DNA of 64,000 nucleotides, from assembly GCA_028534125.1 (NCBI GenBank), contig CM052817.1, positions 78,246,001-78,310,000 of the forward strand, given 5' to 3'. A program made the position numbers and the translations under genes. Shown here piece after piece: positions 50,801-64,000 of this stretch. The DNA is from Lama glama. Taxonomy: Eukaryota. A model generated the notes under the pieces. The model did not search any database. It was given only the letters and a program-made list of their open reading frames with translations, and was not told the origin of the DNA. Position 1 is the first letter of the stretch. Every line of letters starts with the position of its first letter.

Positions 50801-53444
50801 CATCTGACTTTACGTAGCTGTCTTACTCCTTAGTCTAAAGCAGTGGGGAAAACGGGAGACCAAGTGTCAACTAGGAAAAGGCCACCAGAAAAGGCTTTTG
50901 CCGTTTCTCCAGCGATGGTTTGCCTGTTGAGTATTTGCCTGAAACACTTCTTGCCTCTGTCCCAAACTATCTGGGGAAAATAGTGAGAAGTTACTAGCAG
51001 ACTGAGGAGAGTCTATGGGGTCACTGAGTGCTGAGGATGACCACAGAACAGAAAGCTCTCCAAGGTCTGAGAACAAAGCCACTTGACAGAGTGAGGCTAG
51101 TACTGGCCAGCAATCAACTAGAAACAAAGCACTTGGCAGGGCCTAAAAGAGCCAAAACTCTGAAGCCACTGACCTTTATGGGCTTCTCAACAGCCCTCAG
51201 GGTGAAGTCCAAACACTTTCATCCAGCACCCAAAGGGCCTTCATCACCCGTCCTCTGCTCACCCTGGAAGCCTCCTTTTTTAATTACACCCTCTCTAACC
51301 TTATCCTTCACCCGCAATGACCTGAAACTCCCAGGCACCTTGCACCCTATGTTCAACCATGCATCCCTGGCACCCAGTACAGTCCTGGCACAGAGTAGGC
51401 TTAAATAAATGCTTGCAGAAGAAATGAATTATCCTGTATCCTGGGATCCAAGAGGGACAGTCTTCAGATCAATGGGCACAACCTCAAAGCCCTGGTGCGG
51501 TGATACACTGTGAATGGTTGTATGTGGTATCTTGTTAATAATAAACTACTACAGTTTGCACGTGACCTACTTGCTTTTGGACAAATGAGATGAATTTTAA
51601 TGTTATCCCCTAATAACATGATCGTTTTGTTTCCATCCCGAATGCTGTCTTCAGTGAGCAAGTAAGCAGCAGAGGGGTTCGGCTGAAGCTCGAAGAACTG
51701 TACGCAGTCCACGCTGTGGCCTGAGGCGCGCAACCCACCTGAGCCTCCTCTGCCAGGTGTGCCAGGGCAGGAAAAGGGGTGGGAATGGCTCCATCATAGG
51801 ACCACATGCCCCTGCCTTCCCTCCTGGGCAAACAGACCTCTCAGAGCAAAGTCTTTAAAGCCAGATGACAAAAACAGCCCAAGATGGGGCAGGGAAAAGC
51901 AGGCCCAGTGTATATGAACACAGTGCATCGAGCACTGAGGTGTACAGGCACCCCCCCCCCAGTCTGAGAGGACTGGCTCTCACCCACTGTCACACGAGGG
52001 AACACAGAGATGCAGACGTAACAGACGACAACCAACACAAGGAAGGAGACCGCCGTGAGCCAGGAGCGCGCCGCGCCAAAGCACGGGGCCCTCAGGGCTG
52101 GGCTTGGTGCCTGGTTGCGCACTTGGGACCCAGCGTTCTCCTGCTCCATCACTTTGCACACTTGTTACTATTTATTACTTAAAATAACCTTTCCTGATGG
52201 ACACAAGGCAGGGCCTGTGACCCTGCAGTTTCTAGCACATAATGGGCATATCGCAAATAAATGTCCACTGAGTGGACACACTCTTGTCTTCTCAGACCTT
52301 CAGAGTATGAGCAGGAATTGCTGATTAAGCAAGAGTTACACTTATTCTGATAAACAGACTCCACGCTCCACTGAGGGTAGGGACAATTTGTTGACTGCTA
52401 TATTCTCAGTCCATAGCATGCTGTAGTCATTTACTAAATGTTTGTTGAATAAATGAATGAACGAATTCGTATACTGTATTTAGCTATATGTTTGCAGAGT
52501 TAATTTGGTAAATTAATATAGTTTACTACTGATACAACGTAACTTCATTCATCCAAAAATTTTGATAACCCACTAAGCTCCAGGCATACAGATACAGAGG
52601 GAAAAGAGGTGTAAAATTCCTGTCCACGTGATAGTCGAGGTCTAGAAAGGAGAAACACATAAACAAATTATACCAGTAGTGCGTTAAATTCAAAAACTGA
52701 GGTTTGTGTATTTTAAAGAGCTGTGGCCGGAAAGTATCCTAATCTGCAAGGAAGCTCTAAACAGGCAGCGACCCAACTGTCTGTCTACTCATGATCCTTA
52801 TGTTTGAGTAGAGACCACACCCCGACTGAGTTTGCCAGACCACCAGCCCCAAAGGCAAGAATTACACACCCAAGGCCCCCAGACAGGTGTTATTCGTGAC
52901 TGTAATACTGATGACAGCCCCAGTTTTAGACTCTTTGGTCGTCACCTAACTTTCTAGAAAGTATGGATGAGAAAACATGATGATGGCGGTAAGCCTAGTC
53001 ACCTCACCCGTCTTAGTGCCACACCGATTAGAAGGCCTGTTTTTTTTAAAAGGAAGTTCTTAATTCAACTCACTTACACAAATTTCAGGGTTACATAAGC
53101 AAATCTGCCATCAGACTTCGGATCTATGCTATGAATTAAATAGTACATAAGTATCAAGAGAGCCTTAAAGTTCACCTGCTTCTGGGTCTCTGAAATGTTT
53201 TCAGAACAGTGTATGCCTTTCTGAACAATCATATTATTTTTTAAACTGAATTTTAAGAATTCTGTTTTTCCAATTACAAAATACAGCTCCCATCGCTAAA
53301 GGATGATGTTGTGATTCCAATAGCTAACTTCTGACTAGGAATGTGTGTTAAGTGCCCACTGTAACACTTTGTCCAGAAGTGTTAAAATATAGAAGCATAC
53401 TTCAAAATTAAATACCTACTCAGCATTATGTGATATTCAGCCCC

Positions 53445-54002
53445 TGTTCCTGTATCTATTGCTGCATCATAAGCCACCTCAAAACTTTAGTGACTTAAAC
53501 AAGTTAGCATTTCTCATTGTTTTATGGATTACTGGGGTGCGGTGGGGTGGGGGAATTGACTGGGTTTATGGATTGGCTGTTACAGAGGCAATGTTCTCTC
53601 TTAAGAGTCTTGTAGCTGAAGTCAGTTGGCTGAAGCTAAAATCACCTAAAGGCTCCCCTGGGCTAGGTGTCCAAAACAGCTTACTCACTTGGCTGGCAGT
53701 TCGTGTAGGCTGGCAGTGGGTGTGGGGCACCTCCCTGTGTCCTCTCCACATGACCTAGGGTCCTCGCAGCATGGTGGTTGGTTCCAAGAGACGCAGGCAG
53801 AACCTGCAAGGTTTCTTACTTCCTAGTCTCTGAGGTCCCAGACGGTCCCCTCTGCTGCATTTTATGGATCAAGCAAGTCATTGTGGCCAACCCAGATTCA
53901 AAGGAAAGGATGTTGAGCTCTGCCTGCTGATGTAAAGAGCAGCATGTGATTATAGGGAGGGAAGAAACCGAGGGCAACCATCTTGGAGATGACCTTACCA
54001 CA
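53445..54002 (-). mobile_element. MLT1F/G-like MaLR LTR, near full length
   Basis: tctattgctgcatcataagccacctcaaaactttagtgacttaaacaa..aagcaagtcattgtggccaacccagattcaaagg..ccatcttggagatgaccttaccaca. Confidence 0.75.
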
Positions 54003-54971
54003 CCATTATTCCAACGAATGCACTTTATGTTTCAGATGGACAGTACTAGTATTTTTTTTTTCTTCCAAAAATCAAGTTAGGTGCAAAAATACTCAATGAA
54101 AATATAAGCACTAATCTAAAAAAAACTGCAGAAAAATCACATTTGACACCTAGGTCCAGTTTAATCCCTTACATCAATGGAACTCTACTCTTAGAACCCT
54201 AAATATAGTGAAACAGAATTTAACTCCACTAAAGACGTTTGTCTTTTTTCCTATAGAGTAATTTACTGACAAAATAAATTTGTCTAGAGTATGAAATTCA
54301 ATCTATTTAAAAATTTTATCTCTTACTTTCAAAGCCTAGGGAAATTCAGGGAACCACTCCTCACATTCTAGAATGCCTGGACCAAAAGTCCTAATTTTAG
54401 GAATATCATCTCGTGTGCCGAAAAAATATTCCTTACCAAGAAACTGAAAACGTCCTTTGCTGGTGATTTTAGAGAGCTGACTAGCTCATGAGCATAGCTG
54501 CCCAGAGCATAAGGAAAGAGGACACTCTGCTAAATGGGTTAATGACTATCAAAAAGGGTTTTCACACAGGAAAAGGGGAAAGAAAGGGAAAAAATGATGC
54601 TGTCAGTCCCCAAGAGAAAGTTATTTCTCAAATGGTCTGATTTTCTCTTTTACAGAGAAAAGGCAGCTTATTGTGATCAAATAAGAATGTTCAACTTCAT
54701 ACAGGTATATTTTCTGAGTCAAGTAAAATACAATGGTATCTTAAAGCCACTTATCTTGAACAATTCATTTGTGAACCATACAAAATTCCCCCAAGAAATA
54801 CGGGGGTTCTAGAAACAATAAAAAAGATTTATTAATGCCAAACCCAAATTAAATATGTTTCAAATAATTGAAATGAACCACATCCTCTTGTCCTACATCA
54901 CAAAAGCTGATGAATTTAAGAAAAATTAAAAATTAAAAAAATTCAGAGTTTTGTCTAAAATCATAATAAAC

Positions 54972-55017
54972 TTTAAAACATTATTAAAAATTTAAAACAT
55001 TATTAAAAATTTAAAAC
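54972..55017. repeat. 19-bp tandem duplication (tttaaaacattattaaaaa, about 2.4 copies)
   Basis: Exact copies at 54972-54990 and 54991-55009, partial copy at 55010-55017. Confidence 0.9.
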
Positions 55018-55308
55018 TCTCTTCCTTTTATCTAGATATGAAAACAAATAGCTGAGCATGCTCCCCCAGTACTTAGCCTACACAGGTGTGTGCCCAGGAC
55101 ATCCCCCTCCCTCTCCCCTGCTCTTCTCCCTCTAAAGCCACTGCCTACTCTTCCTGCCCCTGAGGAGCATCACTGTCCCCCAAGGTGCCCAGCTTGGCAT
55201 CTCAGGCTCAGCTGTGCTTCCTCCCTACTCTTCGTCACCCACATGCACTGCCCGTATAAACCTTGTCAAGGCTATTTCAGAAGTATCTCTCATATACATT
55301 CCTTACTG

Positions 55309-55446
55309 TTTTTTTTTTTTAATTTTTGTTGAGGGGAGGTAATTAGGGTTACTTATTTATTTATTTTTAGAGCAGGTACTGAGGATTGAACGCAGGACCT
55401 CATGCATGCTAAGCACGCGCTCCACAACTGAGCTATATCCTTCCCC
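55309..55446 (-). mobile_element. tRNA-Ala-derived SINE (Vic-1-like) inside an L2-like fragment (~55100-55900)
   Basis: ggattgaacgcaggacctcatgcatgctaagcacgcgctccacaactgagctatatcc; gaggggaggtaattagg; poly-T. Confidence 0.85.
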
Positions 55447-57299
55447 ATCATGCTCCCTACTTTCAAACCCCATGGCTGCCTGGTGTGGGTGCTGTGTCTA
55501 GTTCAGCTGGGCCCAGAATGCTTGCCTCAGGGCCTCCCTGCCTCCAGCCCTGCCACTTTCAGTTCTGCCTAGAGGACGACCTCAGGGCAACCTTTCCGGA
55601 AAGAGAGGTGATAATGTCAGCTCCCTACTCAAAACACAGCACACAAAACAACTCTTCAGCCCTAGCCTGTCTCAGCTGTAGTCAGACTTCAACATGCACC
55701 CTTGGACTTGGTCCCAGTGGACAGGGCATCCTAACTGGATCTGTAAGGACCTTTCTCACTCTGCACATGTGGTCACACCTGCTGGGCATACTCCCCTCCA
55801 CAGTCCTCAGAGCTCGGCTCAGACACCATCCTCTCTCTCTAGCATTTCCTGCGACCCACTCGCCCACTGCCTACCTGATTCAATAGACTTCCTTCTGCAT
55901 CTCTCTCCTATGATTTTTATGCATGCCTCATAATGCGTTCATGAGGATTCCAAGCTGATTCTCATCCTTAAAAGACCACCTACTGTTCCTAACCAAGGTG
56001 AACAGAAATCCTATAGCCTCCTGTAGCCGTGGGAATCCTTCTTGCCTCTTCCCCTTTGCATCCACTTCTCACTCCTCCAACAACCTCTTCACCCATAATA
56101 AATTCACTTTTTTCTTCTGCCTTCAGCATCAAGCTTACATTGCTCCCATGTGATTCAGCAGCTGGACACTCTGGTCAGATTGTTTTGCATAGTTTTCAGG
56201 CTGCTACATCGGTATACCACCCCAAAGCGCCCAGGTCAATCCAGCCGCGCCGGATGCCTGGGGACTCCCAGACGCCCGCTCCCGTCTGGGCTTGGAGACC
56301 CAGCGTCTCACCGCATGGTTTCTGAAGAAAGTGCAAAGTGCACACATTTGTAAACCCACCAAAAAATCTGACCACCTGAAGATCAGGGATAGACGGCTTC
56401 ATGAAAGAAAATTAACAAAATACAGAATGACATAGTTTTAATCACTGGCAATTAATTCCATTTTAATATTTTTAATAACTAATCTGGCTGTTCCTACACA
56501 CCAGGCTGGAGACACAGCTGTGATCTTAGAACTCTGAGACCTGTGCAGGCTAATTGGGTGTTTTAACTAGTGTTCAAAAGGCCGGGTTTCTGAAATAACT
56601 TTCTAATTGGTCCAGGTGTTTTCCATGTTGAAAATTAAAAGTGATTTAATAAGACATGAGCTTTCTGCAGTACTTGGTTACAAAACACAATTTCTCTTGA
56701 ACCTAATGTTTACAAAATGGGAATTTATCAGCATGTACAGTTACACTGACAGTGAGTGTTTTGGCTCAATGTGTCTAAGACAACACAAACCTAAGGCCCA
56801 TAGTTTCCAGATGATCTATAAGTATAATGTACTAAAATGGACTTGAGACCTTACATGTAAGAATTAAGCAACTGGCATTTATACCTCAGACACAGTTCAG
56901 GGTGGCCAAGAAGGCCTTTTAGACAAAACACAACAGAGATGGGGGCCCTGGCATTGTGCCTGGGGCATCTCCAAGTCTAAAAGTCCTGGGAAAATTAACA
57001 TTATCACTGACACTGTTCTTTAAGTCTTGATTGACGCCACCATGTCCAGTGTCCCCCACTCAAAAAAGATCCTACTCCCTCCCAAAAGGTGTTTCCTACG
57101 TCACCCAAGTAAAGAAAAAAGCACATGAAGGAGAGAAGGTGGAAGACCTCTTCTGTGGCAAAGGCACGCAGGGTCTGCTAGAGCCTGATGATGGAGAAGG
57201 CCTTCTGTGGATCCTCTGGCCCTCCAGGCCGCCCACAAAGCACATGCAGACAGCAGAGCACCATGGAAGGAGACTAAAGCTACGGCGAGCAGAGCAACA

Positions 57300-58080
57300 A
57301 GGAGACCCAGAGCCAGCATCACGACTGACTAGACCAGCTCAGCCTCTCCCGTGAAGGGCCTGGCAGGAGAAGAGTGTGCCTACTTCAGGTGTAAATAGTA
57401 TTCACCTCAGTCTCTACTGTTCCTTCACACGTCATAATAATTCAAGCAGAATTTTGTGTGACGCACAAAAAGCAAACCCTCTCCAACCCATTATCAGAGA
57501 GAGTAGAGAACACAGCTAGATTGAAAGATGGCCCAGATGGTGGAACTACCTGAGAATTTAAATAACTGTAATTAATACTGTCAAAGAACCCAGTGAAAAG
57601 GTGGACAATGTGCGTGGACGATGTGCATGAACAAATGGGCGTTTGCAATAGAGACATGTAAACTATTGTTGAAAAGCCAAATGGAAATATTATTAAAAAA
57701 CATATCAAAGATAAAATCCTTCAATGTGCAGACTGAGCACAATAGAAAAAGAATCAGTGAAACTGAAAACATGCCAATAGAAATTAGAAACCAAAAACGC
57801 AAAGATACAGAGACAAACAAAAACAGAACAGAACTACCAAGGGCTACGGAACAATGTCAAACATTTTACCATATGTACGTGGCATCTCATTAGAAAAAGA
57901 GAAAGAAAGGGACCAAAAAAATATTTGGGGGGAAAAGCTGAGATTTTCCCAAAATTTAACTAATAATAACAAACCACAGATATAAATAGTAAGAGTAAAG
58001 AAAAACATATCTAGTGCATTATAGTCCCAAGTGGTGAAAACCAAAAATAAACAGAATATATTGTAGGAAATGAATAAATT
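57300..58080 (+). mobile_element. Old L1M 5'/ORF1 fragment
   Basis: ORF 57621..57893 peptide KSQMEILLKNISKIKS..RKRISETENMPIEI resembles the L1 ORF1 coiled coil NQMEILELKNTISEIKNS..EERISELEDRSIEI. Confidence 0.7.
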
Positions 58081-59059
58081 ACCTGTCCTGGCCTCTCCAC
58101 AAAAGACCAATGGCTGTTTAGCCTTTTAGCAAAGTTTGGATTTTAGCAAAATTATCTCCCACATTTGGGGCCCTTACTGGATCCCATGAACAATACTCAG
58201 AGTAAAAGACATCGTGTTCCTTCCCTAAGGCATCTGTGCAGGTCCACAGGATGCAGATCGCGGGGCACTAACGTGGCATGTCTCACCAAAACTTCTTAAC
58301 GATGGAGCCTTCTGAATGATACGTTGTTGTTGTAATGGAATTAAACGTTTTGGAAATAGGACCCCAAAAATGTCTGGAGTTAGAGCTATCTAAATACTAA
58401 ATGTAATGTGAATACAAGATTGAAACTGAAAAGGGTTACGGTCCAAACAAAATGGTATCTTTTGAACAGAGTTGTATACAATCCAAATAATAGTGGGAAA
58501 ATGTGAGCTTGCACAGATCGTTCCCCTGGAACATTTTTTAAAAAGTCTCTTTTGGTTCTTGATATCAACTTGATTGCATTAGCTAATGATGCTAATTAGC
58601 TTTAGAAAAGTTACACTGATATGCAAAGAATATCTGTATCTATCCAATGCTTAGGAAACAGGATTTCAAAATGAATCAAGTCTGTGATAAACTATAAATG
58701 AGGCACGGGAAAGAAAAATTAAAGAGTTGGAAGCAAAACCTAAAGGCTTGTAACTATTCCTCTTCTGGCACTCTCTACTAATTGTACTGAATTCTGTCTA
58801 AAATCCTGGGGCTTCCAGTCGAGGCCCTCTCCGTGTTCCCCTTGGTCAAAGGGTGGGATTTGTTTTCTTTTTGTGAAGTTAGTACCTGAGAGCTGCACCT
58901 GGACACCCTGAGGCAGTTTCAAGGCCCAAATATTCAAATGAACACAAGACTATTAAATTTGGGTTCCTTACTGCAGTTTGTTTAGTTTGAAAATAAACAG
59001 GAAAGTGTATCAGAGTCAGTGGAATGAGAAAATATTTAACTGAATAAAAGGCATGTAAT

Positions 59060-59330
59060 GTGTGTGCAGGAGGTAAGGGGGTGGTCTCTGAAGCCAGCCT
59101 ACTTGCGTTCCAATCTCAACTCTGCTACTCACTTGCTTATGCCTCAATTCCTCATTTTTCAAAAAGAGATGACAATAATACCTACCTCGTAAGGGCTTAC
59201 ATGCATTGTTAAATGCACCGGCGAACTGCTGTGAGGCTTACATGAATGAATACCTGTGAATGTCTAGAACATCGTACCTGGCATGTGATGAATGGTCTTT
59301 GTATTTATGTTAATTATTATTATTACTCTC
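59060..59330 (+). mobile_element. MIR SINE
   Basis: gttccaatctcaactctgctactcac..gcctcaattcctcatt..acaataatacctacctcgtaaggg..ttattattattact tail. Confidence 0.7.
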
Positions 59331-60909
59331 ATTAACAAAGTTTATATTAAAACAAAGTAAAAAAACAAATTAATTGAATTCGAAATATTACCCATTCTTG
59401 AGAAAACTCAAAAGGTATTTTTTCCCTGTGGCAATTTAAAGATCCTCTTCTGTAGTACAATCATGTAAGACAATAGAATGTGCACCCATAGTGCCCAGGT
59501 TTTGGTTAACGTTGTTAATTTTGATAAGAGGAACCAGGACCTATAGGTTGACATCTTTAAAATACATTATTGGCACCACTGTGAAAATTGCACACACACA
59601 AAATAAACTAAACTACACCGAAACTAACTTAAACCTCTTTAATAATGCTCATTGTGAAATGAGTATTTTGAGTATGCACATTTAAGTCATATTATGAGTA
59701 GTAATATTTGTCTGTCTCTGAAGGCATTTCATATTTAGCAATTACTCCAGCTCCTAATATCAATATAATATGAATATTATGTTTTGAATTAGAATGAGAA
59801 ACCCAGTGTGGATCAGCTCTAATGAGCACAGAAGCTGCCCCTCTCCTCCTCCACAAAGACAAGACGAGCATTTTAACAGGACCTCAGAGGGTACCTTTTA
59901 TTGCTTACAGAACTGAAGTGGAAAGCTAGAATATTATTATACTGGAAAGGATATTATGATTTTGTGTTTTCTCTAAAGTTTTGTTTTACAGCTAAGGTAA
60001 AAAGTGAAATCCAGGAGAAGCCTAAATTAGAATTGCTCTTAAGGGGGTTAGGCATGTCTCTTAAAATTTGAAAAAATATGGCATTTATACACAGACCACA
60101 AGCACTTTCAAAAGGCCGAACTGAGAAGGAATTGTGTGAAAGGCAGAGCAGTGAAAAGATGGACAGAACAAAATCAAGAAGAAATATTTTAAAACAACAC
60201 CCAATTTCCAAGTGGAAAGTTCACATAAAGTATCTAATTGTGTCTTAAACTGAATAGTGAGCTAAGAAATGTTGCTGGATGGAGGGGGAGCTGCTCACAT
60301 TTTTTATAGCATGCAGGGCAGATGTTTGAGCCTGAAAAAGCCACATATAACAGAGTGACAATAGTCCAGTGAGAGGTGCCGACAGCAGAGGCACAGGGCA
60401 TCCTCAGAAAGAGAACGAAAGACAGCACCGCGCACGCCCTGTGGAGCACTGAGTCGCCCTTCCTTGTTTTCCCCCTCTCCCGATAACTTACATTATTTTC
60501 AACATCTTTTTTTGCAAATATACTTGCTAGCATGCATTAATTGGCGGTCACACGCTGACAGGCGCACCTCTGTTCAAGAAATGCTGGCATTTGCAACACT
60601 GGCAAATGCTCTGCCAGACAGTATCCTTCTCTTTTTTATCATTAAAATGTTTCATTCGCTTTACTTGGCAGTTTGTCATTGATCACTCCTATTACTCCTA
60701 AAAAGTGGTTCACAGTTCAAAGAATTGGGATGCTTGGGGAGTTTGGATTTTTGTTTCTTCCATCGCTGTCTTTAAAAAAAAAAGTCATCCCCAAACCTCC
60801 ATCATAAATATGAACATATAATTTTGGACACACCACCTTTATCTTCTCAGCTAAGTATTTTTAAAATAGGTACAGTTTTTATAATTAACACTAATGAGGT
60901 AGAGTATCA

Positions 60910-61026
<117 letters not shown>

Positions 61027-61137
61027 TCAGAGAAACTGCAGTAGCAAAGCAAGCGCTGTGCCACCCCTCCTCCTGCACTCAGAGCCTGGGTTCCGACCAC
61101 AAACGCTCCGCGCATAGGAAGAGGCTCCAGGCACCGC

Positions 61138-61185
61138 AGGGCTGACCCCCAGGAGGGCTGACCCCCAGAAGGGCTGACCCCCAAG
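61138..61185. repeat. 16-bp GC-rich minisatellite, 3 copies (AGGGCTGACCCCCARR)
   Basis: Units at 61138-61153, 61154-61169 and 61170-61185. Confidence 0.9.
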
Positions 61186-61444
61186 GGCAGCTTAGGGCAG
61201 GGGAGGTCCACTCTCCCCGCTGAGGAGGGGGTCTGAGCCTGGAGCACTTTCAGATCAGAAACATACAACATCCGTCAGCAGCAGGCTTGCTCCATTTTCC
61301 TTTTCATATTCGAGCCCAAATGAAATCTCCTAATTTTAAGAATTTGCTAATAAGATTTTATAACAGTCCATTTGCTCTGTCACTGCTCGGGACACTATAG
61401 GGATCTTTGTTTCACTGATACTTTGCTTTTTAAAAAAAAGAGTT

Positions 61445-61592
61445 AAATTAATATGTAGTAACATATAATGGAAAAGAATCTGAAAAGAAAAAAGTATGTA
61501 TCGGTATGTATAACTGAAGCACTTTTCTGTACCCTTGAAACTAACATTGTAAATCAGCTACACTTCAATACAAATTTAAAAAAAAAATAAGA
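61445..61592 (+). mobile_element. L1 3' end fragment
   Basis: tataatggaaaagaatctgaaaag..tatgtataactgaagcacttttctgtacccttgaaactaacattgtaaatcagctacacttcaat, then poly-A. Confidence 0.8.
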
Positions 61593-64000
61593 AAGATTTC
61601 ACAGTCTTTCTCGGATAAGGTGATGAGTTTTAAAAGAAATTCATAAAATTAGTATATGTTAAACAGAACCATTGGTAGTTAAACTAAATAATAATTGATC
61701 CATACTTTCTGTTATAACCAAGGAGAGGTTATATCTAGAGGTGATTATTTAGAAAACAGACAAACCATTTTTTTAAATAAGCAAGCATATGCATACACGT
61801 CACATTTTTTTTAAAAAAATTCTATGGTAGAATGACAAAAATATGACAAAAATTTAATCTCTAGGAGGAATGTGTAGCTGTCCACTGGTCAAAGCCTAAT
61901 TATTCAGAATGGACAGTAACTCATAACCACTCACGGATTCTTTCACCGAACAATGTACTTACATGACAGGATGCTAGACTCCAGCTACAATCAAAGATCA
62001 ACACAAAATATATGAGCCTTCAGTAGATGTAAAACTTCTGTCTTCCCTGCCCCTGGAGACAGGCCTTCTGACAAGTCGTGTGCTCATCCCCTCCTCTCTC
62101 ACGTCCCATTTGGTTCTCACTCTCCTTCAGTCAGGTATCATGCTCATTATTCCAGTGAACTCCCCATCAGGTCCACAGTGAGCTCCTTGTGGCTCCATCC
62201 AATGGTCACTTTCCATCACGGCCTCTCTGACCTCTCCCCAGTTGCTTCACAAAATGGACCCCTACATTCCTGGGTCCGGTGGCCTCGAGACACAAGAGGC
62301 CTTGCTCTATTCTTTGAAAATTATGTTTTCACCAGTAACATCACGTGGAAGCAACCAGAGCCCAGCCCCCAGCGCAGAGGCACTTTCCCAGCCTCTCCCT
62401 GAGGAATTCTCCCTTTGGGCACTGTAAAATGGTGACAACCATCCAAAATGGAAAAAAAACAGAAACAAAAACCTAAAAATAACAATGGCAGCACAAACAG
62501 GAACTGAACTCTTTAATGAACTAGTCAGACTGGCCAACTTCTTCCCTGAGACAGAAATCAGCCTCTGTATTAAGTACATCGACCTGGAATTCTTGACCTT
62601 ATTGTACTGTCAACCTGGGAAGGTGTGACTTTTCATTCACACACAAAAAAATAAAGACTTAAGAGTCCAATTTACTTGGACAACTAAGAAAATATAATCT
62701 TATTTTAACTCTAAGTTGATAGAATGGTGTTATCTTCATTCCAGATCTCTCTGTTGAGCAGTCCGGGGATACCCACCTGTCTACCAGGTACCTTCATTTG
62801 GGTATCTCATGAACAACCCAAATTCGGCATTCATGAGCTTTATCCTTTGATCCTGTGTGTCCTGTACGTCCTGTCCTGATTGGCTACACCACATTCATCC
62901 CGTTACCAAATAAGAAACTTAGAGGGCCATTCAAGATACCCCTTTTTCACTCATGTCTCCCTACATTTAATCTAAGTCATATCAACGTCACTTCTCTGAT
63001 GTTTCTAGAATTTTATTCCCTGAGGGTGATGACAAGAACGCAAATAACATTCATAGCAGCAGTGCTAGTAGTTAAGAGCAGCAGCAGCAGCGTCGTACCA
63101 GGAACTACCGTTTACGTTCGTAACCATTTAACCTTTAGCCATGCACACACAAAGTAAAACGCCTGGGAGAAAACAGCAAAATGCAAATGCCAGTGGCGGT
63201 GACTCCTGCATCACAGAAGCCCAGATCACCTTTTATTCTCTTCTTCATAGAGTATGAAAAGCAAAGTAAGTTTTTAGACTTTCAAAATAAGTTTGTTTTA
63301 CACTGTTGATAAAGAAGTATGTTAAAATAGTTCCTTCTTATTTATCTATTAAAATCAAATCAGTCTAGCTTACAGCTAAAGTATGATAAACAGTAAAGTG
63401 GTTGATACTTACAAAAAGTTGTTTCAGAATTTTTTAGCAATCCTAAAATAATTTATTATTCACAGCTATTCTCATTGTATCACACAGCTTCATGTGTGCT
63501 ATTGCTCTCCAGATATCAATAGAAGAGCCAGCAAAAAAAAAAAAAAAATCAAAGACTTATAGTCATCGGATAAGTTACATGTTAATTAAGCCTAACATAA
63601 TATACCAGGTTGTTATTCTCTTTCATGATAGCCAAAATTGATTAAGCAAAGCAAGAGATATGGTCATGAATACTAAGAAATTTTATAGAATGCGGCATAA
63701 TAAATTCATTCCCTAATTTACCTGGTGTCATAATATAGAAATTTCCACCACAGACCTGAGCTTTTTCTCCTCTTTTGGAATCTGATTGTCCTGAGTTTGA
63801 ATACTGCTCATCCTCTTCTAGTTGCAAATTCTGGGAAGCTATGCAACCTCACTGAACCTGGGAAAAATGGGATAAATTGTACCTATCTCCGAGGTACCCT
63901 GGCCATATATTCAGGCTTGTTTAAGGCCGTCTCTAGGCCAGTTACCATGGAACAATGATTAACAGCACTCCCCTTCACTTACACAAATGACTCAACTAGG

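Overview
This is mammalian genomic DNA, most likely from a camelid: it carries five copies of a tRNA-Ala(AGC)-derived SINE resembling Vic-1, and I saw no Alu, B1/B2, Bov-tA, PRE1 or SINEC. The window holds the 3' end of PRDM5 on the minus strand. Its last three coding exons (60916-61001, 31002-31106, 22532-22696) have canonical AG/GT borders, splice in frame and encode the last four C2H2 zinc fingers and the stop codon. A probably long 3'UTR with several candidate poly(A) signals follows, then about 18 kb of downstream, transposon-rich intergenic DNA (L1, L2, MIR, MaLR/ERVL LTRs, hAT/MER5 elements). Almost all ORF-track entries are chance ORFs or decayed TE frames. I found no convincing new multi-gene system. 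The most interesting signals concern PRDM5 3' splicing: an AG|GTGAG exon whose loss is predicted to give an NMD-escaping protein without the last four fingers, a 16-bp G-run minisatellite just upstream of it, and UGCAUG clusters. Other notable items are a sense SINE supplying AATAAA motifs in the putative 3'UTR, an orphan CpG-rich patch, a ~310-bp foldback element, and decayed ERVL pol and possible hAT transposase relics. Repeat family names come from recalled consensus sequences and their boundaries are approximate.
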